Shown: positions 47,238-56,657 of the stretch, one piece after another | Layout of the letters: every line of letters starts with the position of its first letter | How positions within the stretch are numbered: position 1 is the first letter of the stretch | Origin: Polyangiaceae bacterium | GTDB taxonomy: Bacteria > Myxococcota_A > Polyangia > Polyangiales > Polyangiaceae | Direction of reading: 5' to 3' | Assembly (NCBI GenBank): GCA_050287085.1 | Contig: JBNKBE010000012.1 | Location: 32,001 to 96,000, forward strand | DNA length: 64,000 nucleotides | Program-made: the position numbers and the translations under genes | The notes under the pieces: model-generated | What the model saw: only the letters and a program-made list of their open reading frames with translations | Databases searched by the model: none | What the model was told of the DNA's origin: nothing

Positions 47238-49022
47238 CTAGGAACGCGATGGCTCTCTTGGCTCGTAGCTGTGAGTGGTGTCGAAGACCCCATTGGCGGC
47301 CCCAAAAACGTTGCGCTCGTCGAGCACGTTCTTGAGACTCTTGACCATATCAGCATTGTGCTGGGGCAGCTTCTCAGCCAGGAGCTTCGAACGAAACTTC
47401 CCCACTCCGTGATGATTGGATACAGCTCCTCCCGCCTCCACTATGGCCGCGCGTAGGCGGTTATCCGCAACGGCCGCAATCGCCGCCCCGTCGTGCCCAC
47501 GCGTGTAGACGCCGTAGGTGAAGTAGATGCAGACTCCCGTCGTGTAGAGCTGTGTGATCCGATAGGAGACAAACGGCCTTCCAGGCAGACCGTAGTCGGA
47601 ACTGATGCGTTGGGCTTCCTGCTGCACGGCGCCACAAATCGCCTCTATCCGATCCCAAGGCGCGGTGGTCTCCAAGGTCTCGCCCATCACGTGAAGCTTG
47701 GTGAGGAAGTCGCGAATATACGCGATCGCAAAGGTGAGGTTGTAGCCTCGTTTGCCGTTGGAACCTCCGCCAAAGAAGCCACGAAACTGCGCGGCAAGCT
47801 GGCCAATGAGCTTCTCTTGAGAGCGCACCTCGGCCCGAGTGCCCTCCATGACGATGGTGGCCACCGCCATTTCCTTCAGGTTCAATCCCTTGACCCTTTC
47901 GAGGAACGCGCGCTGCGCCTTGGACTTCACCCTTGCTAGCGAGCCCGACTCCGCCTGCTTCAGTGCGTGACCGAAGCGAAACTGGTTGTTGTCGACCAGG
48001 CGAATGCTTGCTGGCAAGAATGAACAACCTACGAGAGCGTGGAGAAAACGCACGCCGTGTTCAAAATCTGGAAATAGCAGGCTTTGATAGGAGGTACACT
48101 CGGGCAAGCGGTGCACGCGAATAACCGCCTTCGTTATCAACCCGAAATTTCCCTCCGACCCAAACAGCGCCGGTCGAACCTGCACACCCACGGACTGACG
48201 CGGAAAGTGAGCATACGTCTCGAACTCTCCCTTCGGGGTGACCATGAAGATCTGCTCAACGATATCCTCAATACCGCCATAGCGGTGGCGCTTCATGCCG
48301 CTGGCGTTGGTGGAGATCCAACCGCCTAGCGTGGAAAGCTCCACGCTGTCCGGCTCATGCCCACAGGTCAACCCCTCGCGGCGTAGCGCCGCCTCCAACT
48401 CCGTCCCGGTGATCCCTGCCTGCACACACGCCTGCCGGTTCTCCTTGTTGATCCACTCGATGGCGTTCAGCCCGCGCGTGTTCAAGGACACAATCATTCG
48501 CTTCTCTTCAAGCGGCAATACCAGACATCCCGTGACGTTGGTCCCGCCGCCGTAGGGGATGACGCACACGTCGTGCTCGATGGCCAACTGAATGATGCGT
48601 TGCACCGCCGTCTCCGAGCGGCAGAAAAACACCATATCCACAACCCGCCGCAGCCGGCCGTAGAGCGCCTGATAGACCTCGTCCCCGGTGCCCTGACCGT
48701 GGCTGTGAGTGGCCCTCACGCCGTCGTCATAGGAGTAGTCCGACTCTGGGAACTCCGCGGCCACGGCCGCACAGAAAGCCTCATTGCGATTGACGGCCGC
48801 AACTTGCAGCGGCACCGCCTCAAGCTGATTGTGCACGTCCAACTTCACGTCGAGAACGTCTTCGCAGAAGGGGAGGAAACCCGGCATGCTGAATCCGCTG
48901 ATTTCGTAGCGATTCCCGGCGAGGCGTACCGCGCCGTCGGGACCTATCTCAAATGCCGTATCCTTGAATCCCCACCCGTGCTCCCACTTTTCGCCTGGCT
49001 TGTGCATTGATGCTGGCTCCAT
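47238..49022 (-). CDS. Alkyl-dihydroxyacetonephosphate synthase-like FAD oxidoreductase
   Basis: GWGFKDT, HSHGQ, IPYGGGTNV, GHEPDSVELSTLGGWISTNASGMK..RYG.IEDIV, GSEGNFG, ETTAPW, CIYF, NHHGVGK. Confidence 0.88.
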   Translation of the reverse strand: MEPASMHKPGEKWEHGWGFKDTAFEIGPDGAVRLAGNRYEISGFSMPGFLPFCEDVLDVKLDVHNQLEAVPLQVAAVNRNEAFCAAVAAEFPESDYSYDDGVRATHSHGQGTGDEVYQALYGRLRRVVDMVFFCRSETAVQRIIQLAIEHDVCVIPYGGGTNVTGCLVLPLEEKRMIVSLNTRGLNAIEWINKENRQACVQAGITGTELEAALRREGLTCGHEPDSVELSTLGGWISTNASGMKRHRYGGIEDIVEQIFMVTPKGEFETYAHFPRQSVGVQVRPALFGSEGNFGLITKAVIRVHRLPECTSYQSLLFPDFEHGVRFLHALVGCSFLPASIRLVDNNQFRFGHALKQAESGSLARVKSKAQRAFLERVKGLNLKEMAVATIVMEGTRAEVRSQEKLIGQLAAQFRGFFGGGSNGKRGYNLTFAIAYIRDFLTKLHVMGETLETTAPWDRIEAICGAVQQEAQRISSDYGLPGRPFVSYRITQLYTTGVCIYFTYGVYTRGHDGAAIAAVADNRLRAAIVEAGGAVSNHHGVGKFRSKLLAEKLPQHNADMVKSLKNVLDERNVFGAANGVFDTTHSYEPREPSRS

Positions 49023-49193
49023 TTCCTTTCAAAACTCTCGGCGTCGTCTCGAACCGATTTCCCTGAAGGCTCGGACCTGCTGGACGAGGCTAACGTCTAT
49101 TCGATTCGCAAGTCGCTTGCAGACTCGCACGCGACACCGATTTCAGTCCGGCCCTGCCCAGAGCTCCCCGCCGAACGTTCGGGCCAGAGCGGC

Positions 49194-49985
49194 TCAAGCC
49201 CCCTCCTGGGAGAACGTCACTTCCGTCTGCAGGTAGCGCGTCAAGTACCGGACTCCCAGATAGAAGGGAATGGTGTCGGCCAGGGCCACGCAGAATTTGA
49301 AAGCGTAATTTCCTGCGATCAGCCCCAGTAGGTCGGCCATGGTGCGTTCGCCCCGGAGAAATGAAGCCCCAAACGTAAGCACGATCACAACGGACGCGTC
49401 TACGAGCTGACTGACCAACGTGCTTCCGTTGTTGCGCAACCACAAGTGCCGGCCACGGGTAAGCTGCTTCCAGAAGTCGAATAGGAGCACGTCACAGAAC
49501 TGCGCAGCCAAATAGGCGGCCATAGAAGCCAACACTGCGCCAGCGGTACAAGCGTATATCAGAGCAAACAGCTCTACCTGTTCCCTTACCTCGCCGCCGT
49601 CCGGCAAGAATACCGGCTTTGCCAACGAAAGTAGCTGCCAGGGGGGCTGCTCTGCCGGTCCTACTGCAGGCAAGGCCTGCCCGAGCCAAAGTGTCCCGAG
49701 TATCAGACCATTGACCAGCAGCCCAACCCACACCACCCATAGTGCGCGCTTGCGGCCATATAGTTCGCCGATCAAATCCGTGCACAGAAACGTCAGCGGA
49801 TAGGGCAATACACCCACTGGTAGAGTTAAAGGGCCGATGCGAATGAAGCGCGTAATACCGATGATATTCAGCATCGACATCGCCCCAATAAACAGACCCG
49901 CCAACAGTAGAAACACGCGTTCCCGTCGAGCGTGGAGGGCGCTAGCTTCTATCGGATGGAGAGGCGCACTTGCCGCGGGCGTCAT
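49194..49985 (-). CDS. Queuosine precursor transporter (YhhQ/VUT family)
   Basis: GVLPYPLTFLCTDLIGELYG, ASMAAYLAAQFCDV, LWLRNNGSTLVSQLVD. Confidence 0.92.
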   Translation of the reverse strand: MTPAASAPLHPIEASALHARRERVFLLLAGLFIGAMSMLNIIGITRFIRIGPLTLPVGVLPYPLTFLCTDLIGELYGRKRALWVVWVGLLVNGLILGTLWLGQALPAVGPAEQPPWQLLSLAKPVFLPDGGEVREQVELFALIYACTAGAVLASMAAYLAAQFCDVLLFDFWKQLTRGRHLWLRNNGSTLVSQLVDASVVIVLTFGASFLRGERTMADLLGLIAGNYAFKFCVALADTIPFYLGVRYLTRYLQTEVTFSQEGA

Positions 49986-49995
49986 GACGGACGTC

Positions 49996-50694
49996 TCATC
50001 CTGAGGCTCGACGAGAAAGCACTCGGACCCCGGTCCCGCTCGCAACCAGCACCTGATCTGCCCGGCCTACAAACAACCCGGTTTCCACAACACCTGGAAC
50101 CGCACGAAGCGTCGCGTCGAGCTGCGCTGGGGCCGCAATGGCCCCCACTTGTATGTCGTATACGAAGTTGCCCGCATCCGTCAGCCAGGGCTTGCCATCG
50201 CGCAACCGTAGGCTCGCCTTTCCGACTTTGCCGAGCCGCGCCGCGGTGGCCTCGACTCCAAAGGGCAAGACCTCCAGGGGAACCGCCCACTTCTCCCCCA
50301 GCTGCGTGCTCAGCTTGCTGTCATCGACCACAATGATGTTCCGACGCGCCGCGTAGTTGACGATCTTCTCGCGGGTTTGACAGGCCCCGCCCCCCTTGAT
50401 CAGATCGAGCTCTGCGCTGACTTCGTCGGCGCCGTCGACGCAAACGTCGATATCCCACGGTCCTGAATCAGGAAGCAAAGGGATGCCGAGGGCCATCGCC
50501 TGTTCTCGACTCTCTCGACTCGTCGGCACTCCCACCAGCGCCCTTCCCGCCGCCACCAGACGTCCGACGCCAGCGATGAAAAGCTTGGCGGTACTTCCGG
50601 AGCCCAGGCCGATGATGCCACGCTCGGGGAGGAGCTCGAGCGCCGCATCAGCAGCAGCTTGCTTGGCGGCGCTAGCGTTCATTGTGGATGACAT
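49996..50694 (-). CDS. rpiA: Ribose-5-phosphate isomerase A
   Basis: GLGSGST, DGADEV, IKGGGA..REKIV, GVVETGLF. Confidence 0.97.
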   Translation of the reverse strand: MSSTMNASAAKQAAADAALELLPERGIIGLGSGSTAKLFIAGVGRLVAAGRALVGVPTSRESREQAMALGIPLLPDSGPWDIDVCVDGADEVSAELDLIKGGGACQTREKIVNYAARRNIIVVDDSKLSTQLGEKWAVPLEVLPFGVEATAARLGKVGKASLRLRDGKPWLTDAGNFVYDIQVGAIAAPAQLDATLRAVPGVVETGLFVGRADQVLVASGTGVRVLSRRASG

Positions 50695-50873
50695 AGCGGC
50701 AGAAACCCCCGCAGCAAATCGTCACCAACGCCGCCATCAGCACCGGCCCAACGACCGACCCGGCTTTGATTGCGCCCGGTGTGTGCACTTGCGACGCAGT
50801 CGGCAGCGAAGCGTGTGTCCAGCCACCCTCGGCGTTGACTGAATTGGTGGGTTCGACGCAAAGTAGTGGGCTG

Positions 50874-51644
50874 GTGACAACGCTACAGATCGAAGTGGCC
50901 GGACAGACCGATGTGGGTCGCAAGCGGCAACACAACGAGGACGCTTTCGCCATCTTCGCAGACTACGGTTTGTATATGGTGGCCGACGGCATGGGGGGCC
51001 ACGCCTCCGGGGAGGTCGCGTCCAAACTCGCTATTGATACGATGCGGGAGTTCTTCGCAGCGACAGCGGGTGACCCGGACAAGACCTGGCCCTATAAGAT
51101 GGACCGGAGCAAGGGCTACGAAGAGAATCGGCTCATCACGGGCGTGAAGCTGAGCAATCTGCGAATCTTCCAAACCTCGAAGACCAACCCAGGCCAGCGC
51201 GGCATGGGAACGACCTTGGTGGCCCTCTTCGCAGTCGACGACGGCTACTACGTGGCGCACGTGGGCGACAGTCGGGTCTACCGCATTCGCAATGGCATCT
51301 TGACTCAACTCACCGAGGACCACTCGCTGCTCAACGACTACAAGAAGATGAAGAAGTTGACGGAGGAGGAAATCGCGTCATTCCCTCATAAGAACGTCAT
51401 CGTGCGGGCACTTGGCATGAAGGATACGGTCAAGGTGGACACGCGTTTCGAACAGCCACAGCCCGACGACATCCTTCTGCTCTGCAGTGACGGCTTGGCG
51501 GGGCCCGTAAGCGACGATGAAATCCTGCGCATCATCCTGGACGCTGGAGACCTCCCAGCGGCAGCGGAGCAGCTGATCGAAGCGGCGAACAACAACGGCG
51601 GCCCCGACAATATCACCGCGGTGCTCACCCGCTGGGTGTCGTAG
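50874..51644 (+). CDS. pph1: PP2C-family Ser/Thr phosphatase (myxobacterial Pph1 type)
   Basis: TDVGRKRQHNED, VADGMGGHASGEVAS, TWPYKMD..YEENRL insert, GMGTT, HVGDSR, CSDGL, GGPDNIT. Confidence 0.9.
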   Translation: MTTLQIEVAGQTDVGRKRQHNEDAFAIFADYGLYMVADGMGGHASGEVASKLAIDTMREFFAATAGDPDKTWPYKMDRSKGYEENRLITGVKLSNLRIFQTSKTNPGQRGMGTTLVALFAVDDGYYVAHVGDSRVYRIRNGILTQLTEDHSLLNDYKKMKKLTEEEIASFPHKNVIVRALGMKDTVKVDTRFEQPQPDDILLLCSDGLAGPVSDDEILRIILDAGDLPAAAEQLIEAANNNGGPDNITAVLTRWVS

Positions 51645-51710
51645 CTCGCGACGGCGTTGGGCGGCCTTTCCACTTGGACGTCCCAAGTCGAGTCGAAGCG
51701 CTTCGCTCCC

Positions 51711-52064
51711 CTATAGCTCGCGAGGCGGCAGGACCTGCACTGGGGCGGGGTCGCTCGGCAACTCCACCGGGACTCCCACTACGGGTACCAAGACGGCGTA
51801 GATGACAAGCACCACAGCCAGCATCATCAGCGACGTGATGAAGAAGGTGGAGAACGGTGGATGCCGCGTGCGGCTCCAGCCGTCGCCGTAGAACTTGCCG
51901 CCGCTCTCCTTGCGCAGGCGCTCCTGAACGCCTCTCAATACGTCCACCTCCTGCTGATCTTCGGCAAAAGCGCGCCGCAGCAGCGATCCCAGTTCCGCGT
52001 CAGCCTCTGAGGAGGGCTCGTCGGAATGCGCCAAAGAGCTACCCGTCTCGACGTCATCGCTCAT
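51711..52064 (-). CDS. Small single-TM protein, putative anti-sigma factor
   Basis: ATGA overlap with ECF sigma gene; N-terminal cytoplasmic part, one TM helix, very short C-tail. Confidence 0.65.
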   Translation of the reverse strand: MSDDVETGSSLAHSDEPSSEADAELGSLLRRAFAEDQQEVDVLRGVQERLRKESGGKFYGDGWSRTRHPPFSTFFITSLMMLAVVLVIYAVLVPVVGVPVELPSDPAPVQVLPPREL

Positions 52065-52675
52065 GATAACTTCTCTCCCAATCGCAGCCCCAGCTTCTCT
52101 TTCACCATCGTTCGCGCGCGATGCAGACGGCTCTTCACGGTGCCCTCAGCAAGGCCCGTAATGGCCTGGATATCCTCATAGCTGAGGGCCTCAACGTCCC
52201 GCAGAATGAGCACATCTCGAAAGTCAGGCTCGAGTTCGCGAATGCATCCCTGGAGGAGCGCTTCGGCCTGATACCCCATGACCACCTGGTCGGGGCGTTG
52301 TGCCACTTCACCCCCTGTAACCCCGCCGGAGCGGGCCATGGCCTCTCGCTCGACATTGGCGTCGAACTCCTCCTGAAAAGCCGCGCGGCGACGGCCCAGG
52401 TATTTGGCACGATTGCGGCAGAGATTGACCGCAATCCGATAGATCCACGTGCCCAACTTGGCCTCTCCCCGAAATGCACCGATCGACTTGAAGACCTGTA
52501 CAAAGACCTCCTGCACCATATCCTCGGCTTCGTCGCGACGACCCAACATGCGAAACATGAGACGATAGACACGCCCCTGATACGCTGCGACCAGCTGGTT
52601 GAAAGCGCGCTCGTCGTGTCCGCGCAGGCGCTCCAAGAAACGCGCCTCAACTTCTTCGTCGGTCGACTGGGTCAC
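52061..52675 (-). CDS. ECF-type sigma-70 factor
   Basis: AEDMVQEVF, F.GEAK..TWIYRIAVN (region 2); LSYEDI..GTVKSRLHRAR (region 4). Confidence 0.95.
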   Translation of the reverse strand: MTQSTDEEVEARFLERLRGHDERAFNQLVAAYQGRVYRLMFRMLGRRDEAEDMVQEVFVQVFKSIGAFRGEAKLGTWIYRIAVNLCRNRAKYLGRRRAAFQEEFDANVEREAMARSGGVTGGEVAQRPDQVVMGYQAEALLQGCIRELEPDFRDVLILRDVEALSYEDIQAITGLAEGTVKSRLHRARTMVKEKLGLRLGEKLS

Positions 52676-52777
52676 GATGAGCTACGAGGCGAGATCGGTC
52701 AGCAAGGGCCGGTGAGTTGGTTGCGACAGCTCCACGCCGCGATTGTTCCCGCTCACGACAGCCCACGCACAAACAGC

Positions 52778-53452
52778 TCAGAGCTCGGGTGCGTGGCTGC
52801 GAAAGAATTCGGCCAGGTCGCCGACCTCCTCGAGACACAGCGAGTGTGCCATGGGGTAGGTGCGAAACGCAGTGGGGTACTGCGCGCCTGTGAGTCGGCG
52901 GTAAGCCTGCTGCCCAAGCGCCAAGGGCACCACGGGATCGAACGTGCCATGGCAGAAGAGAATCGGCGTCTGACCGTTGGCCGCGCTGCGTTCCGCTTCA
53001 AATGAGTCGGGCAGAAGCAGATACCCACTCATCACCACCACCCCCGCAAGGCGTTCCGCATGCCGCGTGCCGATGTGCAACGCCATCGCCGCCCCTTGGC
53101 TGAACCCCGCCAAGAAGATGCGCTCGGAGGGGATTCCGCGCTCTTGCTCCCGCGCTATCAGCCCCGCCACGGCAACGGCGGACTGTCGCACGTCTGGCTC
53201 CGCTTCGCGCAGGGGCGGGTCAGCCAGGCTCAGAATGTCATACCACGCGGGCATCGCCAGCCCGCCGTTGATGGTCACCGGCCTGGACGGCGCTGCCGGA
53301 AACACAAAGCGGCAGTGCGGCAAGCCGAGCTCCGGAACGACATCCTCGAAGTCACGATTGCTCGCGCCAAGGCCATGCATCCAGATGACACTGTGGGTGG
53401 GCTCCCCCGCGCCCTGCATTTCGAAGGTGGGTAGTGTAGCAAGCGATGACAC
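52778..53452 (-). CDS. Phospholipase/carboxylesterase (Abhydrolase_2)
   Basis: WMHGLGA, PVTINGG..MPAWYD, GFSQG, HGTFDPVV, MAHS. Confidence 0.92.
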   Translation of the reverse strand: MSSLATLPTFEMQGAGEPTHSVIWMHGLGASNRDFEDVVPELGLPHCRFVFPAAPSRPVTINGGLAMPAWYDILSLADPPLREAEPDVRQSAVAVAGLIAREQERGIPSERIFLAGFSQGAAMALHIGTRHAERLAGVVVMSGYLLLPDSFEAERSAANGQTPILFCHGTFDPVVPLALGQQAYRRLTGAQYPTAFRTYPMAHSLCLEEVGDLAEFFRSHAPEL

Positions 53453-53562
53453 CGAGGCATCAAAGCGGATCGACGAGGCTCGGGTCTAGGAGGAAATGCA
53501 CCGCGATGCTCAAGGCATCCGCAAAGTGCCTCCGAAGACCCCTCGACTCTTCCTCGGTGACC

Positions 53563-54234
53563 TCACTCAGCGAATAAGCGCATGAAGACACGCTCATTCG
53601 CTGAGATCCGTCGTTGAAGCCACGCCTTCAGCTCATCGAGACAAGCCTCCAACTCGGCTTCCAAGTAGTGATCTTGGGCAGACCACTTGACCCCGGCGCA
53701 TAGCTCGAGTGCCCCCAGCAAACGGTGCCGCGAGACTTCGACCTCAACGACGAAATCCGAGTCACGCCATTCTTCGGCTGTCACTCTGGGCATGCTCGAC
53801 GACAGTTCCGCCACAAGCGCAGCCAAGGGCGCACACCCGAGCAGTCCGCGCTCGATCCTAAACTGCGGTCCCTCGCCGTTCCCCGGTGTGAATAGCGCCA
53901 CGCCCTCCGCCTCCCACACTGCGACGGCGATAAACGCAAAGCGATCCGGAGCAAGATACGCCGCTTCGCGTGCAGCCACCTTGGACGCGGCTAGTTCGTG
54001 AAAGACCGGGTCGAGCCTCCACAAGTCGATACCGTCGACCGCAAGCGCACCGTCACGACAGAATGAGAAGCTGTAGTATAGGCCCGAGTTTCGTGGATGG
54101 CACGACCACTGCTCAAAGGCGTCCGCGCCGACTGGCACCGTTCTGAAGTCAACTTCCTCAAAGTGGTCTATCAGCGCTTGTCGCAGCCAAGCCCAAGTGG
54201 GCAGCCCACGCGCGAATCGGAATCGCACGCGCAT
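53563..54234 (-). CDS. Hypothetical protein
   Basis: 223-aa ORF 3 nt downstream of the next gene on the same strand; no recognised motif. Confidence 0.6.
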   Translation of the reverse strand: MRVRFRFARGLPTWAWLRQALIDHFEEVDFRTVPVGADAFEQWSCHPRNSGLYYSFSFCRDGALAVDGIDLWRLDPVFHELAASKVAAREAAYLAPDRFAFIAVAVWEAEGVALFTPGNGEGPQFRIERGLLGCAPLAALVAELSSSMPRVTAEEWRDSDFVVEVEVSRHRLLGALELCAGVKWSAQDHYLEAELEACLDELKAWLQRRISANERVFMRLFAE

Positions 54235-54237
54235 GGG

Positions 54238-55044
54238 CTACCAGCGTGCTAACAGTTTGGCGAGGTGTTCGGTCGCAATGTACACCTCCTCGATACCCGG
54301 TTGATCAATGAGCCACTCGATGAGCTCGTTGGCACGCTTGTAGGAGTCGCCCTCGCCGGTCAAAAACGGCTCCATGCCACGATCCAGCGCCGCTAGATCG
54401 ACGTCTGCACCGAGTTCGACCTGCTCCTTGGCGACCAGCGTGCGCAACAACTGGATCCCACCAGAGCCGGAAAACTCGGGGGGCATACTGAGCGTGAGCC
54501 GCGGCGGATCGCACAGGGTAAGAGCCACGTCCTGCAGTTCATCAAGGTCACCGACAGTCTCTTCGAGCACAGCGTTGATGAGAGCATCTCCCACCTGCGC
54601 CGGCTCAAACGCGTCACCTCCCGGTCCGACGAACATGAGATGATCATCGTCCACTGCCTCAAACGAATGAAGAAGACTCGCTTCTACGCCGGTTGCGGTT
54701 CCCGAGTTGACATATACGCCGCCAATGTAGCTGTGACGCCGCACGACGCGCCCCCCTGCGACGCGCAGCAACGCAAACGCTCCTTCGCTTTCGCTTAGGT
54801 AGAGCATGACCGCGGAAACCGCCTCACCGAGCTCGCCAATGATGTGGGCGAAAGCGTCGAGATGAACAGAGCAGTCCGGCAGCGCAAGCACGGTTCGACC
54901 ATTCACCTCACCCAGCGCGTAGCGCTCACCGCCGAGCGCAGCGCGCACGCCCAGCTTATGTGGCGTCGGCGCACCCACGAGTTTGTGCTCGCGCAATACG
55001 GTTGGGCTAAGCAGCCCGCTAAAAACAATCAAAGATAACGGCAC
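54238..55044 (-). CDS. Hypothetical two-domain protein
   Basis: GTG start with GAGGAG SD; C-terminal LIEWLIDQPGIEEVY helical module. Confidence 0.65.
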   Translation of the reverse strand: MPLSLIVFSGLLSPTVLREHKLVGAPTPHKLGVRAALGGERYALGEVNGRTVLALPDCSVHLDAFAHIIGELGEAVSAVMLYLSESEGAFALLRVAGGRVVRRHSYIGGVYVNSGTATGVEASLLHSFEAVDDDHLMFVGPGGDAFEPAQVGDALINAVLEETVGDLDELQDVALTLCDPPRLTLSMPPEFSGSGGIQLLRTLVAKEQVELGADVDLAALDRGMEPFLTGEGDSYKRANELIEWLIDQPGIEEVYIATEHLAKLLARW

Positions 55045-55315
55045 ACGATCTCCTCGATTATGGCGCCCAATCTGCGGGCGACACCGGCGGGGGGCTCCGT
55101 TGCACGGACCGCCTCGCGCCACAAGCTTCTAGGATCGCTTCTTAGTCGCCTTCGCGCGCATTGCCATCTTGGATCGGGAACGAATGCACACACGCTGCCC
55201 GATTTCTTGGCACGGCCCATGCGCCGTTCGGGCCGGTCAGTGCGGTTGCCCAAGTCCGGAGGCACTCGGGCATTCCAACGGCCCGACTCGGGCCCGCTAC
55301 TGAGCGCGGGCATCT

Positions 55316-55389
55316 TGGTTCCGGCACGTGGACTCGAACCACGATTCAGGGATTCAAAGTCCCTTGTCCTGCCATTAGACGATACCGGA
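55316..55389 (-). tRNA. tRNA-Gln (anticodon UUG)
   Basis: Reverse complement TCCGGTATCGTCTAATGGCAGGACAAGGGACTTTGAATCCCTGAATCGTGGTTCGAGTCCACGTGCCGGAACCA; cloverleaf, T-loop GTTCGA, encoded CCA. Confidence 0.97.
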
Positions 55390-55530
55390 TCGGACCGCGG
55401 ACCCTAGCAGCTCTTTTCGATGATTGCGAAGCTGCATCGCGCCTTTACACCACACTCGAACGCCCGTTCAAGGGTCCCAGCTGCAGGCGACGGCCGGTCG
55501 GTTCGCTCACCGATCCGGCATTGCCAAGGC

Positions 55531-56565
55531 TCAAGGCTTCGCGGCGCTGAGGGTATGAACCTGCTCCACCGCAAATGTCACGTTCTCAGGCGGGATGTGC
55601 GGCATGATCCCGTGTCCCAAGTTGAAAATGTGCCCTGGACGTCCCGCCGCCTGCGCCAAGACGTCACCAATGCGTTCACTGAGCAAAGCACGGGGAGCGG
55701 CCAGCAGATGCGGGTCAAGATTGCCCTGCACCGCCACATCGTAGCCAAGGCGACGCCAGGCCACATCGAGGGGCGTCCGCCAGTCAACGCCAATAACCGA
55801 GCCGCCGGTTTCTTTCTGCAGCTCCAGCAGCGAGCCCGTACCCGTTCCGAAGTGAATGACGGGAACGCCGGTGGTCGCAAGATCGTCAAAGACGGGCTTG
55901 AGGTGGGGTTGAATGTATTGAACGTAGTCCGCGGGACACAGGTCACCCACCCAGGAGTCAAAGATTTGGACGGCTTGAGCGCCGGCCTCGATCTGAGCTC
56001 GCAGATAGCGACGAATCACTTCGCTGAGCTTGCTCATCAGCTGATCCCAAACCTCGGGTTCCCCGTACATCATCCCCTTCGTCTTCTCGTAGTGGCTGCT
56101 CTTTCCGCCTTCGATCAGGTAGCTCGCCAACGTAAACGGAGCGCCCGCAAAGCCGATGAGGGGCGTCTTGCCTTCAAGCTCCTGACGGATGAGCGAAATG
56201 GCCTTCAGGACGTGAGGCAAGCCTTCCTCGGCGTCGATCACGCGCAGTTTTTCCACATCCGCACGCGTACGAATGGGGGAGTGAACGACCGGGCCCTCGC
56301 CCTTGGCAAACTCGAAGGGCGCTCCCATTGGCTCGAGCGGCAACAAGATGTCCGCGAACAATATCGCAGCATCCACCTTGTGTGCGACGACCGGCTGCAG
56401 CGTAACCTCACACGCCACTTCCGGATGAGCACATATCTCCAGGAGCGTGTACTTCTCCCGAATCTTTCGGTACTCCGGCATGTAGCGCCCCGCCTGGCGC
56501 ATGAACCACACGGGGGTTTTGTCTACTGGTTCACGGCGGCAAGCACGGAGAAAGCGATCCCACAT
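55531..56565 (-). CDS. hemE: Uroporphyrinogen decarboxylase
   Basis: PVWFMRQAGRYMPEY, DAAILFADIL, GFAGAPFTLASY, QIFDSW, QGNLDP, FNLGHG. Confidence 0.98.
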   Translation of the reverse strand: MWDRFLRACRREPVDKTPVWFMRQAGRYMPEYRKIREKYTLLEICAHPEVACEVTLQPVVAHKVDAAILFADILLPLEPMGAPFEFAKGEGPVVHSPIRTRADVEKLRVIDAEEGLPHVLKAISLIRQELEGKTPLIGFAGAPFTLASYLIEGGKSSHYEKTKGMMYGEPEVWDQLMSKLSEVIRRYLRAQIEAGAQAVQIFDSWVGDLCPADYVQYIQPHLKPVFDDLATTGVPVIHFGTGTGSLLELQKETGGSVIGVDWRTPLDVAWRRLGYDVAVQGNLDPHLLAAPRALLSERIGDVLAQAAGRPGHIFNLGHGIMPHIPPENVTFAVEQVHTLSAAKP

Positions 56566-56657
56566 GCAGCGGCGTTATTTACCGTGTGGATGCGTTTTGC
56601 AAGTCCTATGACCAAGCTCGGCACAACACCCGAAAGCTTGCCCCAAGGGCACTGAAG

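Noticed and set aside
53460..55389. Prophage or integrative element at tRNA-Gln
   Set aside because: No integrase and no duplicated tRNA 3' end found
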